NCBI RefSeq assembly: GCF_009914755.1 | Contig: NC_060926.1 | From: the human T2T-CHM13v2.0 reference genome, Homo sapiens | Length of the DNA stretch: 64,000 nucleotides | Direction: 5' to 3' (one strand) | Shown: positions 1 through 13,304 of the stretch, piece by piece | Position numbering within the stretch: position 1 is the first letter of the stretch | Layout of the letters: each line of letters begins with the position of its first letter | Position numbers and translations under genes: made by a program | The notes under the pieces: generated by a model | What the model was told of the DNA's origin: nothing | What the model saw: only the letters and a program-made list of their open reading frames with translations | Databases searched by the model: none

Positions 1-3000
1 ATCATTTTAACAATATTAATTATTTTGATTCATGTACATGGGATGTCTTTCAGTTTGTTTGTATTCCCTTCTATTTTGTACTTGTATTTTTTTATAAATT
101 TATACGGTATAAGTGCGATTTCATTACATGTATGTATTTCGTAACGGTCAAGTCAGAAGTTTTAAGGTATCCATCACCCAAGTAATATACATTGTACCCA
201 TTAAGTAATTTCTCATTCTCTACCAACCTTGCTATGCCCTTACCTTTCCCAGTCTTCAATGTCTATCATTCTACCATCTACCTCCATGTGCAAGCATTTT
301 TTAGCACCCACTTGTCAATAAGAACATGCAGTATTTATCTTTCTGTGTCTGGCTTATTTCACTTAAGATCATGACCTCCAATTCCATCCTTGTTGCTATA
401 TAAAAAACATGATTTCATATTTTATGGTTGAAAAGTATTCCATTCTGTATATATGTCACATTTTTTGTCCATTCATCTATTTGTGGATACTTTGGTTTAT
501 TCCATATCTTTTGTGTTGTGAATAATGCTATAATAAACATATTAATGCAGGTGATTTTTTTATATATTGATTTCTTTTCCTTTGGGTAGATACCCACTAG
601 TGGGATTGCTGGATCACTATTTTTAATTCTGTGAGAGATCTCCATGCTGTTTTTCAAACAGGTTGTCATAATTTACACCCCCAACAACAGTTCATAAGCA
701 TTCCACTTTCTCTGCATCCTCACAAACAAACTGTTATTTTTTTCTCTTTAAGATTACATTTCATTGTGGTTTTAATTTGCATTTCTTTTAGTAGTAATGT
801 TGAGCATTTTTTCATATGCTTGTCATCCATTAAGGTGTCTTTTGAAAAATGTCTATCTGTGTCCTTTGCCCACTTTAAATGAAATTATGGCTTTTATTGT
901 TGTAGTTGTTGAGTTGAGTTCCTCGTAATTCTGGATATTAGTCTCCTGTCAGAGGAATAGTTTGCAAATTTTCTCCCATTCTGCAGGTTGTCTGTTCACT
1001 TTGTTGATTCTTTCTTTTGTCGTGCAGAAGTTTTTTTAGTTTAACTAAGTCCCATTTGTCTATTTTTCCTTTCATCAGTGTTGTATAGTTTTACTTGTAG
1101 AGGCCTTTCACCTCCTTGGTTAAATTTTTTCCTAGATGTTTCATTTTTTTGTAGCTACTGTAAATAAAATTGCCTTCTTGATTTCTTTTTCTGCCAGTTT
1201 GTTGTTTGTGTATAGAAACACTACTAATTTTTTATGTTGATTTTGTATTCTGCAACTTCACTCACTTCATGCATCTATTCTAAGAGTTTTTGGTAGAGTC
1301 GTCAGATTTTTCTATAGATAAAATCATGTTTTCTGGAAACAGGGACAATTTGACTTCATCCTTTCCAATTTTTATTCCCTTTATTTCTTTCTTTTGCTTA
1401 ATTTATGTGGCTAGGACTTCCAGTGCTACATTGAATAAGAGTGCTGAGCATGGGCATCTTTGTCTTGTTCCAATTCTTACAGAAAAATATTTCAGCTCTT
1501 CCCCATTTGGTATAATATAATGTTAGCTATGGATTTTCCTGGTTGAGGTACTGTCCTTCTATACTTAATTTACTGAGAGTGTTTTTAATTATAAAGAGAT
1601 ATTGAATTTTATTAAAAGTTTTTCTGCATCTATTGAGATAATTATATGGTTTTTGTCATTCATTCTGTTGATATGATATATCATGTTTATTAATTTGTGT
1701 ATGTTGAGTGATCATTGCATTCCTGAGATAAATCCCACTTGATTACAGTGGGATTTATAATTTGGATTTGTTTTTTGTTGTGGTTAAGTTTTATGTGTCC
1801 AGGAATTGTAGCATTTTTTGAGGATTTTTGCAACTAAATTCATTGGGGATATTAGTCTGTCATTTTCCTTTTTTGTTGTATTCTTGTCTGATTTTGGTCT
1901 CAGGGTTATTCTGACCTCACTAAGTTACTTAGGAAGAATTCCCTCCATTTCATTTTTTAATACTTGGAGAAAAATTGGTATTAGTTATTCTTTAAAGGTT
2001 CAGTGGAATTCAGCAAAGAAGCCATTCAGTCTTAGAGTTTCTTTCTTGGAGGCCTTCTTATTATGGATTCAGTCTCATTGCTGGTTATTGGTCTGTTTAG
2101 CTTTTCTATTTCTTCTTAGTCTAATCTTTGTCAGTTGTACATGTTCAGTAATGTATCCATTTCCTCTAAGTCTTGAATTTATTGGTGTATAGTTGTTCAT
2201 AGTAGTCTCCAATTATCCTTTTTATTTCTTTGATATTTGTTGTAATGTTTCCCTTTTCATTTCTGATTTTATTTATTTGGTTCCTTTCTCTTTTTTATTC
2301 TAGCTAACGGTGTGTCTATTTTGTTTATCTTTTCAAAAAAAGAACTTTTTGTTTCTTTGTCCTTTTGTATTACTTTTTTAGTCTCAATTTTATTTATTTC
2401 TGCTCTGATTTTTATTTTTCTCTTTCTACTAATTTTTGGGTTTGTTTTGTTTTTGCTTTCCAGTTCCTTGAGATGCATCACTAGGTTATTTGAAATCTTT
2501 TTAGTTTTTTGGTGTAGGCATTTATTGCTATGAACTCCTCTTATAATACTGCTTTTGCTGTGCCTCATACATTTGAATATATTGTGTTTTTATTTTCATT
2601 GGTTTCAGGGAATTCTTAATTTTATTCCTAATTTCTTCTTTCTCTCAGTTGTCATCCAGGAGCATGTTGTTTGATTTCTATTCATTTGTATAGTTTCAAA
2701 TGTTCTACTTGTTATTGATTTCTAGTTTTATTCTGTTGTGCTTCGATAAGATGCTTGGTATAATTTTGATTTTTTTAAAAAAATTTGACACTGGCTTTTT
2801 ATCGTAATATATGGTCAATTATGCAGTGTTCCATGTGCCAATGAAAAGATTGTGTAGTCTGCAGCTGTTGGGTGAAATGTTCTGTCAATGTGTTAGGTCC
2901 ATTTTGTCTATGGTTCAGTTTAAACCCAATGTTTCCTTGTTGATTTTCTGTCTAGATGATGTGTCCAATGCTGAAAGTATGGTGTTGATGTTTCCAACTT

Positions 3001-3678
3001 TTATTGTATTGGAGTTCATTTTTCCCTTTAAATCTAATAATATTTCCCTTATATGTCTGGGTTTTCTGGTGTTGGTTGTACATACATTTAGAGTTGTTAC
3101 ATTCTTTTACTAAATTAATACCTGTATTATTATATAATGTTCTTCATAGTTTCTTTTTACAGCTTTTGACTTGAAATCTGTTTTGTTGGCTGGAAGTATA
3201 GCTATTCTTACTAGCTTAATGTTTCCATTTGCATGGAATACTTTTTATCCTTCACTTTAATTCTATGTGAAAGGATTTACAGGTCAGGTAAGTTTCTTGT
3301 AGGCAGCATATAGTAAGGTGTTGTTTTTGTTCTACATTCAGCCAATCTTTATATTTTAAATGGGGTATTTAATCCATTTACATTTAGGACTATTATTGAT
3401 AAATGAGGACTTACTCTTGTCATTTATTTGATGGTTCTCTGGTTGTTTTGTAAATCCTTTGTATCTTACTTCCTCTTTTATTGTTTATTTTTTGTGGTTT
3501 GGCAATTTTCTGCAGTGATAAGGTTTGATTCCTTTTCCTTTTTAATTTGTATATTGGTTTTACCAGTGATTTTTATAGTTTTACATACTTTTATTATAGT
3601 GATTGTTTTCTTATCACTTCCAGATGTAAGACACCCTTGAGCATTTCTTGTAAGGCCTGTCTGTTGGTGATAAACTCC
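1..3678 (-). mobile_element. Old LINE-1 (L1MA/L1PB-age) ORF2 region running toward ORF1, degenerate; host of a nested L1
   Basis: Minus-strand ORF 2269..2568 gives L1 ORF2-like peptide (HLKELE...PKISRKRKIKIRAEINKIETKKVIQK...FFEKINKIDTPLAR). Host sequence at 1-77 resumes colinearly at ~1067. Confidence 0.9.
78..1066 (-). mobile_element. 5'-truncated L1MA 3' end nested in the older L1
   Basis: T-rich tail at ~86-95, L1MA-type 3' UTR, ORF2 C-terminal peptide (DPAIPLVGIYPKE...MFIIALFT...WNKPKYP) at 415..669; candidate TSD TCTATTTT at 70-77 and 1059-1066. Confidence 0.85.
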
Positions 3679-4399
3679 AAGGCAGGGGGCGAGGAGACAC
3701 TGAAAGTTTGTTGGCAGCCAGGCTGCAACTGGGCCTTAATTGGAAGGTCCAAGACCCTCCAAAGAAGGAAGCTATGCAACCCACACCCCTATCCCAAATT
3801 GATCTTTTTTCTTGCTATGTCTCCTTGTACCAATTTGCATTTGGTGCTCACTCTGCTTGTCAGTTAACTTGGAATGAAGTGAACTAGTCCTGTCACTATG
3901 GTAGCTGAATATTTGGAATCCAGCCTGCATTTTCCACTGCTGTACTCCTCTCATGCCTGAGAAAGTCAGAGTCCAGGGTCAAAAAAAAACAAAAAACAAA
4001 AAAAAAAAAAACACTTTAAAAGTGCTTACTGTGTAGTAATAATAAATTAGTACCATTGTTCTTACAATTATTTTTATTTTTAGTACTGCTGTTATTAAAG
4101 TTTTTAAAATATATAGCCCCTGGCTAACTTTGTATTCTCATGTCTCACCATTTCCTTTCACATATATTTTGTCCCAATAAAATCAAACTGTATAAAATTT
4201 CTTACATCAACCATTATGTTTCTTTCTTATACTGTAACTCTGTTATTTTTATCTCCTCAATATGGAATATATCAAATACTAATCCCCTAATTTCCCTTCT
4301 GTTCAGATCCCCGCCACTAAGCTTTTGCCAGGTCTGTTTTCTATTTCTTTTGGACAGACCTTAGCATTGTTTCTTCCACAGAGTTTTCCTTGTTCTCTT

Positions 4400-4620
4400 C
4401 AAAATTTTCTAGATGTCCTTTTATGTACTCATTGTCCTCTGCACACATTTCTTACTGCAGTTATTTGACTGCACTGAAGTGTCTGTTTATGTGTTTGTCT
4501 CTTCTGATGGACAGAAGCTTCCTCAAGGTCAGGGATGGGGTGTATTATTCACCTTTGAGCCCCTAGCACCAAACATAGGTAGTAGCACATTAGTATGCAG
4601 TAGATCTTAGTAAATGTTTT
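4400..4620 (+). mobile_element. L2 3'-end fragment
   Basis: Degenerate L2 3' motifs (aagcttcctcaaggtcaggga...cccctagcacc...cagtagatcttagtaaatgttt). Confidence 0.55.
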
Positions 4621-4899
4621 TTTCATTAAGCAATACCTATATTAAAATGTGTTATGGGGAGCATATATTCAGGGCAACTGAAATATATGTCTCTCAGGTT
4701 ACAGTTTTCAAACTTGGCCTAAATAAACTCTGTACTTCTATTAAACAAAATGTGTTATATGCCATGAGGAAATCAACAGAGTACTGCAATCATAAACAAG
4801 ACAGGGTTAATCTTCTTATTTAGAATCACCAGGAATTGTGTTGCTAAAATGTCAATTTGCAAGCTGAAGTATAACATCCAACTATTCTTAGGGTTGTTG

Positions 4900-5890
4900 G
4901 CAGGAAATGGAGATGGTGGTTCAGGCAAAATATGACAAGCAGAGAGAATAGCATAAGCAAAATCTTGGAGGCAGAAATAAGCTTATGTTTAAGGAAATGA
5001 AATAAAACTGGAGTTATTTAAGCACAGAGTCAGAAAAGGCAACTGATAAGAATGGAATTTGGAGATGTAGACAAAAACAAAATCAGAAAGAGTATGGTTG
5101 ACCAGGGTAAAGAATGCATGTTTTCTTCAAGGCACACTAGTATGTCTACTAAATGCTTGAATTCAGAGGATTTATTAGGTTGGCTTTATATTTTGAAAGG
5201 GCTTATCTGCCTGATAGGTAAAAAATAGATTAGAGGGTGCAATGGTCTTAATGTTTGTGCCTCTCCACAATCCATATGCTGAAACATTAATTCCAATATA
5301 ATGGTATTTGGAGATGGGGCCTTTGAGAGGTAATTAGTTCATTAGGGTAGAGCCCTCGTGAATGGAATTAGTCCCTCCATAAGAAGAAATAAGAAAGTAA
5401 CTAGCTCTCTTTTGCCATGCAAGGATACAACAAGGGGGCTATAGTGTGTGATAAGGAAGAGAGCCCTTATGAGATCCTAGCATCCTGACACTCTGATCTT
5501 GGACTTATAGAACTGTGACACAAATTTATACAGCCAATCAGCCTACAGCGTTTTGTTATAGCAGCCTAGGCTGACTAAGCCACAGAGAAATAACAGAAAA
5601 GCAGTATAAGAACTATTTTACCCATCTAGGAGAGAGATGATGGTGGTATTACCTAAGAAGTAGCAATGAAGATAGAAAAAAGTGAGCATATCTTAAAGAT
5701 ATTTAGCAGGTTAAAATAATAAAGAACCAGGAAAAGTGAAACAAAAAAATGAGGCAACCAATGATATAGTCATGATTTCCAAACTTATCAAAAGATGATA
5801 AAGAGAGTGCCTGGCCATCTCTTGATTGGGTCAAAAGTAAATTCTTGTCATCTTAATTTTGGTATTTCTATGAAATATTCAAATTGTGAT
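4900..5890 (-). mobile_element. L2 fragment interrupted by an MLT1A LTR
   Basis: Purine-rich L2 antisense motifs (gcagagagaatagcataagcaaaatcttggaggcagaaa; gagagatgatggtgg). Confidence 0.55.
5238..5582 (+). mobile_element. MaLR solo LTR (MLT1A/MLT1A0-like)
   Basis: TG...CA termini; motifs atggtatttggagatggggcctttgagaggtaattag and gttatagcagcctaggctgactaag. Confidence 0.85.
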
Positions 5891-5894
5891 GTCA

Positions 5895-5895
5895 A

Positions 5896-5928
<33 letters not shown>
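5895..5928. repeat. Compound (TA)n(CA)n microsatellite
   Basis: Directly visible. Confidence 0.95.
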
Positions 5929-6460
5929 GAACTACCTCAGCAAACTCATTTATACATCAAAAATAATGTGAAACAAATGTCTAGATATATGTTACACTAT
6001 TTATATCAGGAATTACTTTAGATTAATTATATAACAGAACTGGTTCATTTCAGGTGAAGTGTTAGATGTGCTTTATATTTAATATACTTAGTAGGCAAAG
6101 CCACTCTTGCTAAACCTTTGAGAAATAGGTTTAGTAAGAGCTAAATAAGAATTTTCAGGCATTATTTTCTAAAAACAATGAGCAGTGACTTTAAATATTA
6201 AAGAAGAAACTATTGGCATTAACACCTAATGCTCAAAAGAGCACAAGTTGTCAACTGTGTGAAGTGATTATACTTTCTTCTGCTTGACTCCTGATGTCTA
6301 TGACTATGATCGTATTTACAATGCTTTGTGATCAATTATACTTGTATCATTTTAGCACTATGGAGGTCTTTCCTTAAATTCTACATTAATTATCAGCATT
6401 TAGGGGTCTGAGAGTCTTGTAATTCTAAAACTTCCCATCAGATGTATTTCATCTGGACAC

Positions 6461-6818
6461 TGTCTTACTCCATTTTGGCTATTATAACAAAATACCATAA
6501 ACTGGGTAGCTTATAAATAACAGAAATTTACATCCCACAGATCTGGAGGCTAAGTTCACAATCAAGTCACTGGCAGATGTGATGTTTGGTGAAGGCCTGA
6601 TTTCACATAGATGGGGACTTCTAGCTGTGTTCTGATATGGTTGAAGAGGTTATCTCACTCTCTATTGTCTCTTTTATAAAGGCAATTAGCCTAATCGTGA
6701 GGGCCCCATACTCATGATCTAATCACCTTCCACGGGCTGCACCTCCTAATACTGTCACCTTGGGCTTAGGTTTTCAACCTGTGGACTTTGAATGGACATA
6801 AACATTCAGACCATAGCA
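6461..6818 (-). mobile_element. MaLR solo LTR (MLT1A/MST-like)
   Basis: tgtcttactccattttggctattataacaaaataccataaactggg...acattcagaccatagca; 5-bp TSD gacac/gaaac (4/5). Confidence 0.85.
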
Positions 6819-7062
6819 GAAACGATTTGTATAGTCACCTTACAAAACAAGCATGTATATTACTTAATAAAACCAGCATGTCTTATTTGTCAATTCAGAC
6901 ATTTGTAAAAATCATATGCTATTCCTGCTGCTTCTAATAATTCCATGATACATCAAGTGGAAGTGGGTATAAAATGTGTCATTACATATTGGTGTAATTT
7001 CAAGAAAGGAATATTTCTCCAAGTTATTATTTTTCAATTTCTCCTTTCTACCAGGGTTTTTG

Positions 7063-7122
7063 GTGTGTGTGTGTGTGTGTGTGCCTGTGCACACATGCAT
7101 GTGTGCCCACATGTCCACATGT
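7063..7122. repeat. (TG)n microsatellite with alternating purine-pyrimidine extension
   Basis: Directly visible. Confidence 0.9.
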
Positions 7123-8239
7123 ATAAAGTGTGTATTTTGGGGGGGAATCTTATTAAAAGCAAATGGCTATGACCACTGTGGGTTCAGTGACAGGAGGAGT
7201 TTTCGATGTCATGATATTATGGTTTAGTGCCCAGGAAAAGTAGGCATGTGTAGGCATGTGTTTTTGTGTAAAAACATTAATTTTATAACACATTTGATGT
7301 GTTACTCTTTGGAGAAAAGACTACAAAATTCATTCTCAGAATATTTATGCATTTATTTATATACTCATTTATCCATTTATTTTATGTAGTTTGGGTTCTA
7401 TCAAAGTAATAGTAAGTACTTAAAACCTAGGAGGGGGGAAATGCTTACTTTGATGATTCTACGTTATCCATTAAAACCTCCCAGTGCACTCTCTGCTACA
7501 GTTCACATACAACAGTAGCTATCAGTTTCCAACTGAGGCAGTTTAGATTCAGCAGTAGAAATTGCAAATTGCATATTAAAGGCTGTGATTTCTAATCACA
7601 CATACCAGAATCAGAATTGGAAGGAAAAGAGGTTGTCTAATCCCAGCCCCTGCCATTAGATAAGGCTTTACCTAAATCTTTTAAGGCAAAAAACCAATCA
7701 TGTAATTCTTAAAGATAGCCAGCTGCTGAGTTTTAAAGGTGCCTTTCTTTGGTATTTTCCATCAGAAAGTTAAGCCTAATATTTGGACTAAACATTTGGT
7801 TGCAGTTTACCTTTTTTTTCTTTATACAGTTCAGAAAAAACTCATTTTCACTCTTCATATACTCAAAGGTAATCATTATCATTTTTTCTATGTTGTCTTT
7901 TTGATTACATTGGCCACCTTCAACTTTTTCCTGTTAATATGTGGGAAGTGATTTTTCCTTCACTATAACTGTGGTCTCAGTCCTTGTTTCCTACGTCCTG
8001 ATCTGAGGTACTTTATAGGTAGCCCCTCATCTCTCTCAGATCTGTGGCTCACTTGCTTGTGATTTTCCTGTACTTACATGTTTTTAAATACAAGATGACA
8101 CTAGTATATTTCACAGGCTGATTGGGTTAATTATCCATCTTTATTCCAGTTGACCCCACTTTTTCACTATATTCCATTTATCCCATACCTAGAGTTTGGA
8201 TGATTTTATTCCTTCCCTGAGACAAAATCTGAAAAATAG

Positions 8240-9030
8240 TGTTTGTGTTATCTATTGCTCAGTAACAAAAGCCCGAAGTTAAGGGCTTAAAAAAAGCTAT
8301 TTTGTATTATTTCTCACAATTTTGTGGGTTGATCGGAGTAGGGTCACCAAACTATGACCCAAGCAACAAATCTCTTCTGTCATATGTTTTCGTGTTGCCT
8401 AAGAGCTGAGAATAGATTTATTTAATTTTTAAATACTTGAAAAGTAAATTTTAAAAGAAGAATATTTTGTGATATGCAAAATTATATACAATTAAAATTT
8501 CAATATCCTTAAATGAAGTTTTATTGGAACACAGTTACAGTCATTTGTTTATGTGTTGACTGTGCCTGCTTTTGCACTACAACAAAAGAGTAGTTGCTAG
8601 GAAGACCATAGACCTGTAAGGCCAAAAATATTTCCTATCTGACTCTTTATAGAAAAAGTTTGCTGGCAGATTCCTGTGATAGAATTCAGCTGGGTGGCTT
8701 TTCTGATCATCTGGCTTGGACTCTCACGTGGCTACTATCAAGTTTTACATCAGGTTAAGGAGAGCTGGAAGGCTTACCTGGGGTGATGGGATGACTGGGC
8801 CTCTTTCTCTCTATGTGCCCTCTTCATGAGGTCTTTCCTCATGGTCTCTATGGCAGCATAGGCAGAATTCTTACATGATGGGCCCAAGCTCCCAGTAGCT
8901 TAAAAACAGAACTTGCCATGCTTCTGCTAGGCCCAGAACTGGCACAGTATCACCATACTCTTCTTGTGAAAGCAAATCAAAGAGTCAACTAAGATTCAAT
9001 GGCAGGAAATAATACAGGTACATAAATACT
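8240..9030 (-). mobile_element. Old MLT1-type MaLR LTR split by a MER58 insertion
   Basis: tatctattgctcagtaacaaaa...ggcttaaaa...ttctcacaattttgtgggtt before the MITE; agaactggcacagtatcac...caaatcaaagagtcaactaagattcaa after it. Confidence 0.65.
8338..8676 (+). mobile_element. MER58(B)-like hAT-Charlie MITE
   Basis: Begins agggtcaccaaactatgaccc; contains aagttttattggaacacag; ends ctttatagaaaaagtttgctg...cctg. Confidence 0.8.
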
Positions 9031-9190
9031 AAGGAGGGGATTACATTCAGTAGAGAGAGAGAAATGAGAAAAGTACTAATTATAAGTAATGTTATTAACT
9101 TTAATATATAAGTGAAAGAAAAAAAAGGAATCCTTAGAAAAGGGAAATTTGCTTTGAACCTTAGAGCTCACTTCATTTTGAATGTTTAAG

Positions 9191-9366
9191 TAAGAAATGA
9201 CTTGACAGGAAAAGCAGACGAAAGCGTTGTTGAACAAAACAGCATTATGAACATTGTTCCCAAAGAAATGCCAGAAAACATTGGTATTAAGACTGGCCTT
9301 ATTAACAACCATAACACCACAAAAAGTTCTTTAGCATGTGAAGAAGTTAAGAAACTAAAGAAAAAA
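9191..9366 (+). other. Candidate exon (open frame RNDLTGKADESVVEQNSIMNIVPKEMPENIGIKTGLINNHNTTKSSLACEEVKKLKKK)
   Basis: AG at 9189-9190, GTAATT at 9367, 58 stop-free codons in non-repeat DNA. No homolog recognised; may be chance. Confidence 0.2.
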
Positions 9367-9378
9367 GTAATTTTATAA

Positions 9379-9538
9379 TCAAATATACATTTCCTCTACA
9401 TTCTTTGTGTCTTCTCCGGAAGTAAGAAAGGAACTTTCTTCTTCACATTGGAGTCTCTGTATAGATCTGGCCTTGCTAAACTTCTTGAACTGTTGAATCC
9501 CTAGCTCTATGAATGCTGCCAAATTTTCTACTTGTTTC
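9379..9538 (-). other. Candidate terminal coding exon (KQVENLAAFIELGIQQFKKFSKARSIQRLQCEEESSFLTSGEDTKNVEEMYI*)
   Basis: Minus-strand AG at 9540-9539 with weak polypyrimidine tract; 52 codons to TGA; phase-2 start matches the phase-2 end of candidate exon 59338-59284. Confidence 0.25.
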
Positions 9539-11799
9539 CTATTACATATATACATACATGGATAATATATATTTATACAGCTATACATATCTATACTTAT
9601 GTGTATATATGGGTACATCTGTATGTATATATATGAAGATTAACGTCTGAAATTTTGTTTTAAAACTCAATAGGATTACCCATATTTCTTATCCTTATTA
9701 TTAAATAACTTCTGTTTTTAACATGTTAATTGTTCTATACAATCACATGAAAAATTGTGTTTTCTAAAGTTTGTTTTACATTCTGATTTCCAATTCTATT
9801 GACCTTCCCTAAATCACCAAGCTGAAAATTTGGCTTGTCACCTTGTAGTTAACAAATAGGAGATTTAAGCAGACTTGACATCTTCTTATGCCTTAAATTC
9901 AGATCCTTGCTTCCAGTTATCAACCTCAAGCAAGATATTGAACAGTGATCAAATATGTTTGTCAAATCAATTTTTAGTGAAATATATATTTTTTGACATC
10001 TACTTTCTTGCCTAGGAAATTAAAACGTTATGGTGAAACAAAGTCCTCAAATGGGAATCATAGGCTGATGAAGGTTGGGATGAGGGTGGAAGTTTCAGGA
10101 GACTGGAGGAGTCTGGGAATTCTACCACAGAACAGGGAGAAATATGGTCGGAAGTGGTTATTGTCAAGAAATGAGAAATTTGTCCAATCTATTATCCTCT
10201 GCTACACCTTACGGCCTGTGCTCCTATCTTTTCTCTGATAATCGTCTGTCCCTTTGCTCTTATTCAGAAACAGAACATAAAAGAATGGAATGTTTTTCCA
10301 GTTTCAGTGGCAAAAGCCACTCTCTACGAGTGTTACAGGGCTTTGAGCCCTGCTCAATATTTTAATTCTATTAATTATGCATTATCTATTGAGAGGTTAC
10401 TCTTTTTACCTTTCAGAATAAAAGATAATCAAGTAATTACTCAGAGGACTAGAGCTTCCTGTGGTGTAATGAGAGATTTAGCTGTGTAATTTATAGTACT
10501 CAAACAAATGAGCCAATTTATATTCCCAAAGTAGAAAACAGTAGAACATTCAGCTCAGACGTCTTCCTTCCACTTTCCAACTTATTAGATTGAAAATAGG
10601 TCCTATAGGCTATGATTTGCTAGAAATACTCTGAAGAACACTCATTAAACTATTCATATCAGCATTTAGCTTTGGGGTAAACAATCTTATAGATGGTTAA
10701 TAACCGGTATTTACAAAGTGTTGATGTTTTATGCATTTTGGTGTTACAGTCCAAGTGGATCTTGTATTGATGTATTTATAATAGAAGAAACTGGAAATGA
10801 TTACTAACAGTGTTAAATTTGATAACAAAATAATTTTAGCTCTTAATTAGCTTACATAGTCAAGCAAGAAAGTGCAGGTTAAAATCTTCACATCAAGGAC
10901 AAAAAGGAAAGATTTGAAAGTTTTCTATGTTATGTTCATATGTAACCAAGTAGCCCAGACCAACACAGCTTTTAGAAATTAAAATCCCTTAGAAGAAACT
11001 TTAAAATAGGGAGAGGAGGGATATTATTGGTTGCTATTAGCAAAATTAGTTTTTGTTCCAAAAAGAAATAAAAAACTTGGGCAATAAATGAAGGAATCTA
11101 CCATGACTTCACTGGTTAGAAAGGGAAAGCAGCAGAACTCACTGAATACCTCTAATGTGCAGGGCACTTTAACATAAAATTTTCATTGTGATACTCCAAA
11201 TTAATAATTCTGTGAGGCATTACTCTACCCATTTCCAGACAGCTATTATGAGAAACAAAGGCATTTTACTAAGTTAATTCAGGTAACAACTAATGGAGTT
11301 AGATTCTGAATCTAATGGAGTATTATCTGAAACATGTTCTCTTTGGAAAATATTACAACCTTACTAAACAATCACTTGGAAATTTCTGTGCAGTTGAATA
11401 TTATTTCCCTATGGCTTCCTTTGTCTACAAGAAATCTTCATTTTTTAAAAATTTTAGAAATAATTCATGTTAGCCCAGCAATAACTTTCGGGCAACATAG
11501 TTTTTGCTAACATGGATTTGGGGACAAAGGACAAAATACCAGAAAGTAGTTAATAGTCACAGCCACTGAATGACAAGTCAAAATTATCCAGCAAATCTTA
11601 TCTAACTTTCTACCAATTTTCTATTTCTCCAAATACTTAGTGAAATTGGAGAGTTTTTAGAAAGTGTATTTATATACAGTGCTATGTTAAATAGTTTAGA
11701 TGTTAAAAAGCTATTAAAAGTAATTAACCCTACTGTATACACAATCATTGTGTTAACCCATTAAAGTCAATTGATGTATTTTTCTTATCATGTTACATT

Positions 11800-13300
11800 T
11801 CCTGCCACCTCCATCCCCAAACATAGAATATACATATAATAAATTTAATATTTATCATCTACTTTCTGATTTTTAAGTTGTTACTGTGTGTGTTCTTCAG
11901 CAGTACTTGTATAGTTTTGCATATATTAAAAATGTTTATAAACATCATTTATACTAGGTAATTTGCTTATTCTTTCAAAATTATGTTTGTGACCTATATC
12001 TATATAAATTTATACCATTTTTTCACTGCTATGAAAAATATTCTACTGTATGGTTATATACCAAACATCACATTATCCACTCTACTGGCATAAAAAATTA
12101 TAATGCTTTTACTCTTATTACTGCAAATAATGCTATCGTATATTGTCCCCAGTCTGTCTCCCGGGGCATATGTGCAAACTGTTCCTCTAGTCTGCAGTCA
12201 TAGGAGCTCCGTGAGTCCATTCTTGAGTTATACAGATTTACCGTTTTACTATCTTTAATTGTGATCACTTGTCTAAAATTTAGTATTATCAAACTTTTAA
12301 ATATTTTTAATTCTGTATGAAAGTTCATATCTTTATTTTAGTTTGCGTTTCTCTAATTCCTAATGAAGATGCTCACATTTTCATATGGTTACTGGACATT
12401 ACCATATACTCTTCTGTTGATTACATTTATATTATTTGGGCATTATTTTATTGAATTGTTTTCATTATTGATTTCTAGGAGTTCTTTATATACTCTTTAC
12501 TCACAAGTTACATGCTTAAAATATCATTTTTCCCATTAAATATCTTGTTTTTTTATTTCTCACGGTTAAGACATTGCTCCATCTGGAGTTGTGTATAATA
12601 TGAGGTAGTCATCCCACTTTATAGATATACGTAGATAGATAGAGATCTAATTAACTAGATGTGAATAACAAATAGTGTCAGCATAATTTATTGAATGATC
12701 TGCCATTACCAGCTATTGTGTAATTCTATCTCTGACATATAAGTACATTTCTATAATCTATATAAATTTTTCACATTTCCACATATGCATAGACCTCATT
12801 CTGGGCACTCTTTTTGCTTGTATTGATCTATTTCTCTGTTAATAAAACAATATCAAAATTGCTATGATATTATAATAAGGCCTAATATCTCACAGCTTAT
12901 GCTACATTTGGTTTTCAAAATTCTATTGGATTTTCTTAACCATTAGTTTTTTCTTTAAATTTTTGAATTAATGTGCTAATTTTAATGAAAAACTTACTTA
13001 TGTTTTATTGTAATTTAATTAAATTTAGGAGAATTTACCATTTTTATCAGGTATTTCTGTGGATGAACATGGTATATGTTGTATTATTTTAATCTATTTT
13101 GTTCTCAGTAAAATTTATCACTTTATAAAGTTACTATTCATTGTTTTCAAAATGTCTTTGGTACCTTATAGTATTTGTTTACATTTATACAATATTATTT
13201 TAAAATAACATTTTGAATGCTTGTCACTAATGTATATGAATATGGTATTTTTTAGGTTAGTAAAAAATGTTGCTAAATTTAATTTCTTCAAGTAATGTAA
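11800..13300 (-). mobile_element. Ancient L1ME-type 3' end/ORF2 fragment
   Basis: Degenerate L1 antisense motifs (tttgcgtttctctaattcctaatga; ttgatttctaggagttctttatata; cagcataatttattgaatga). Confidence 0.7.
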
Positions 13301-13304
13301 TTCA

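Noticed and set aside
10268-10489. Plus-strand open frame after an AG, in phase with the 9366 donor
   Set aside because: Peptide not recognisable, competing acceptor at 10416, and frames this long are common by chance here.
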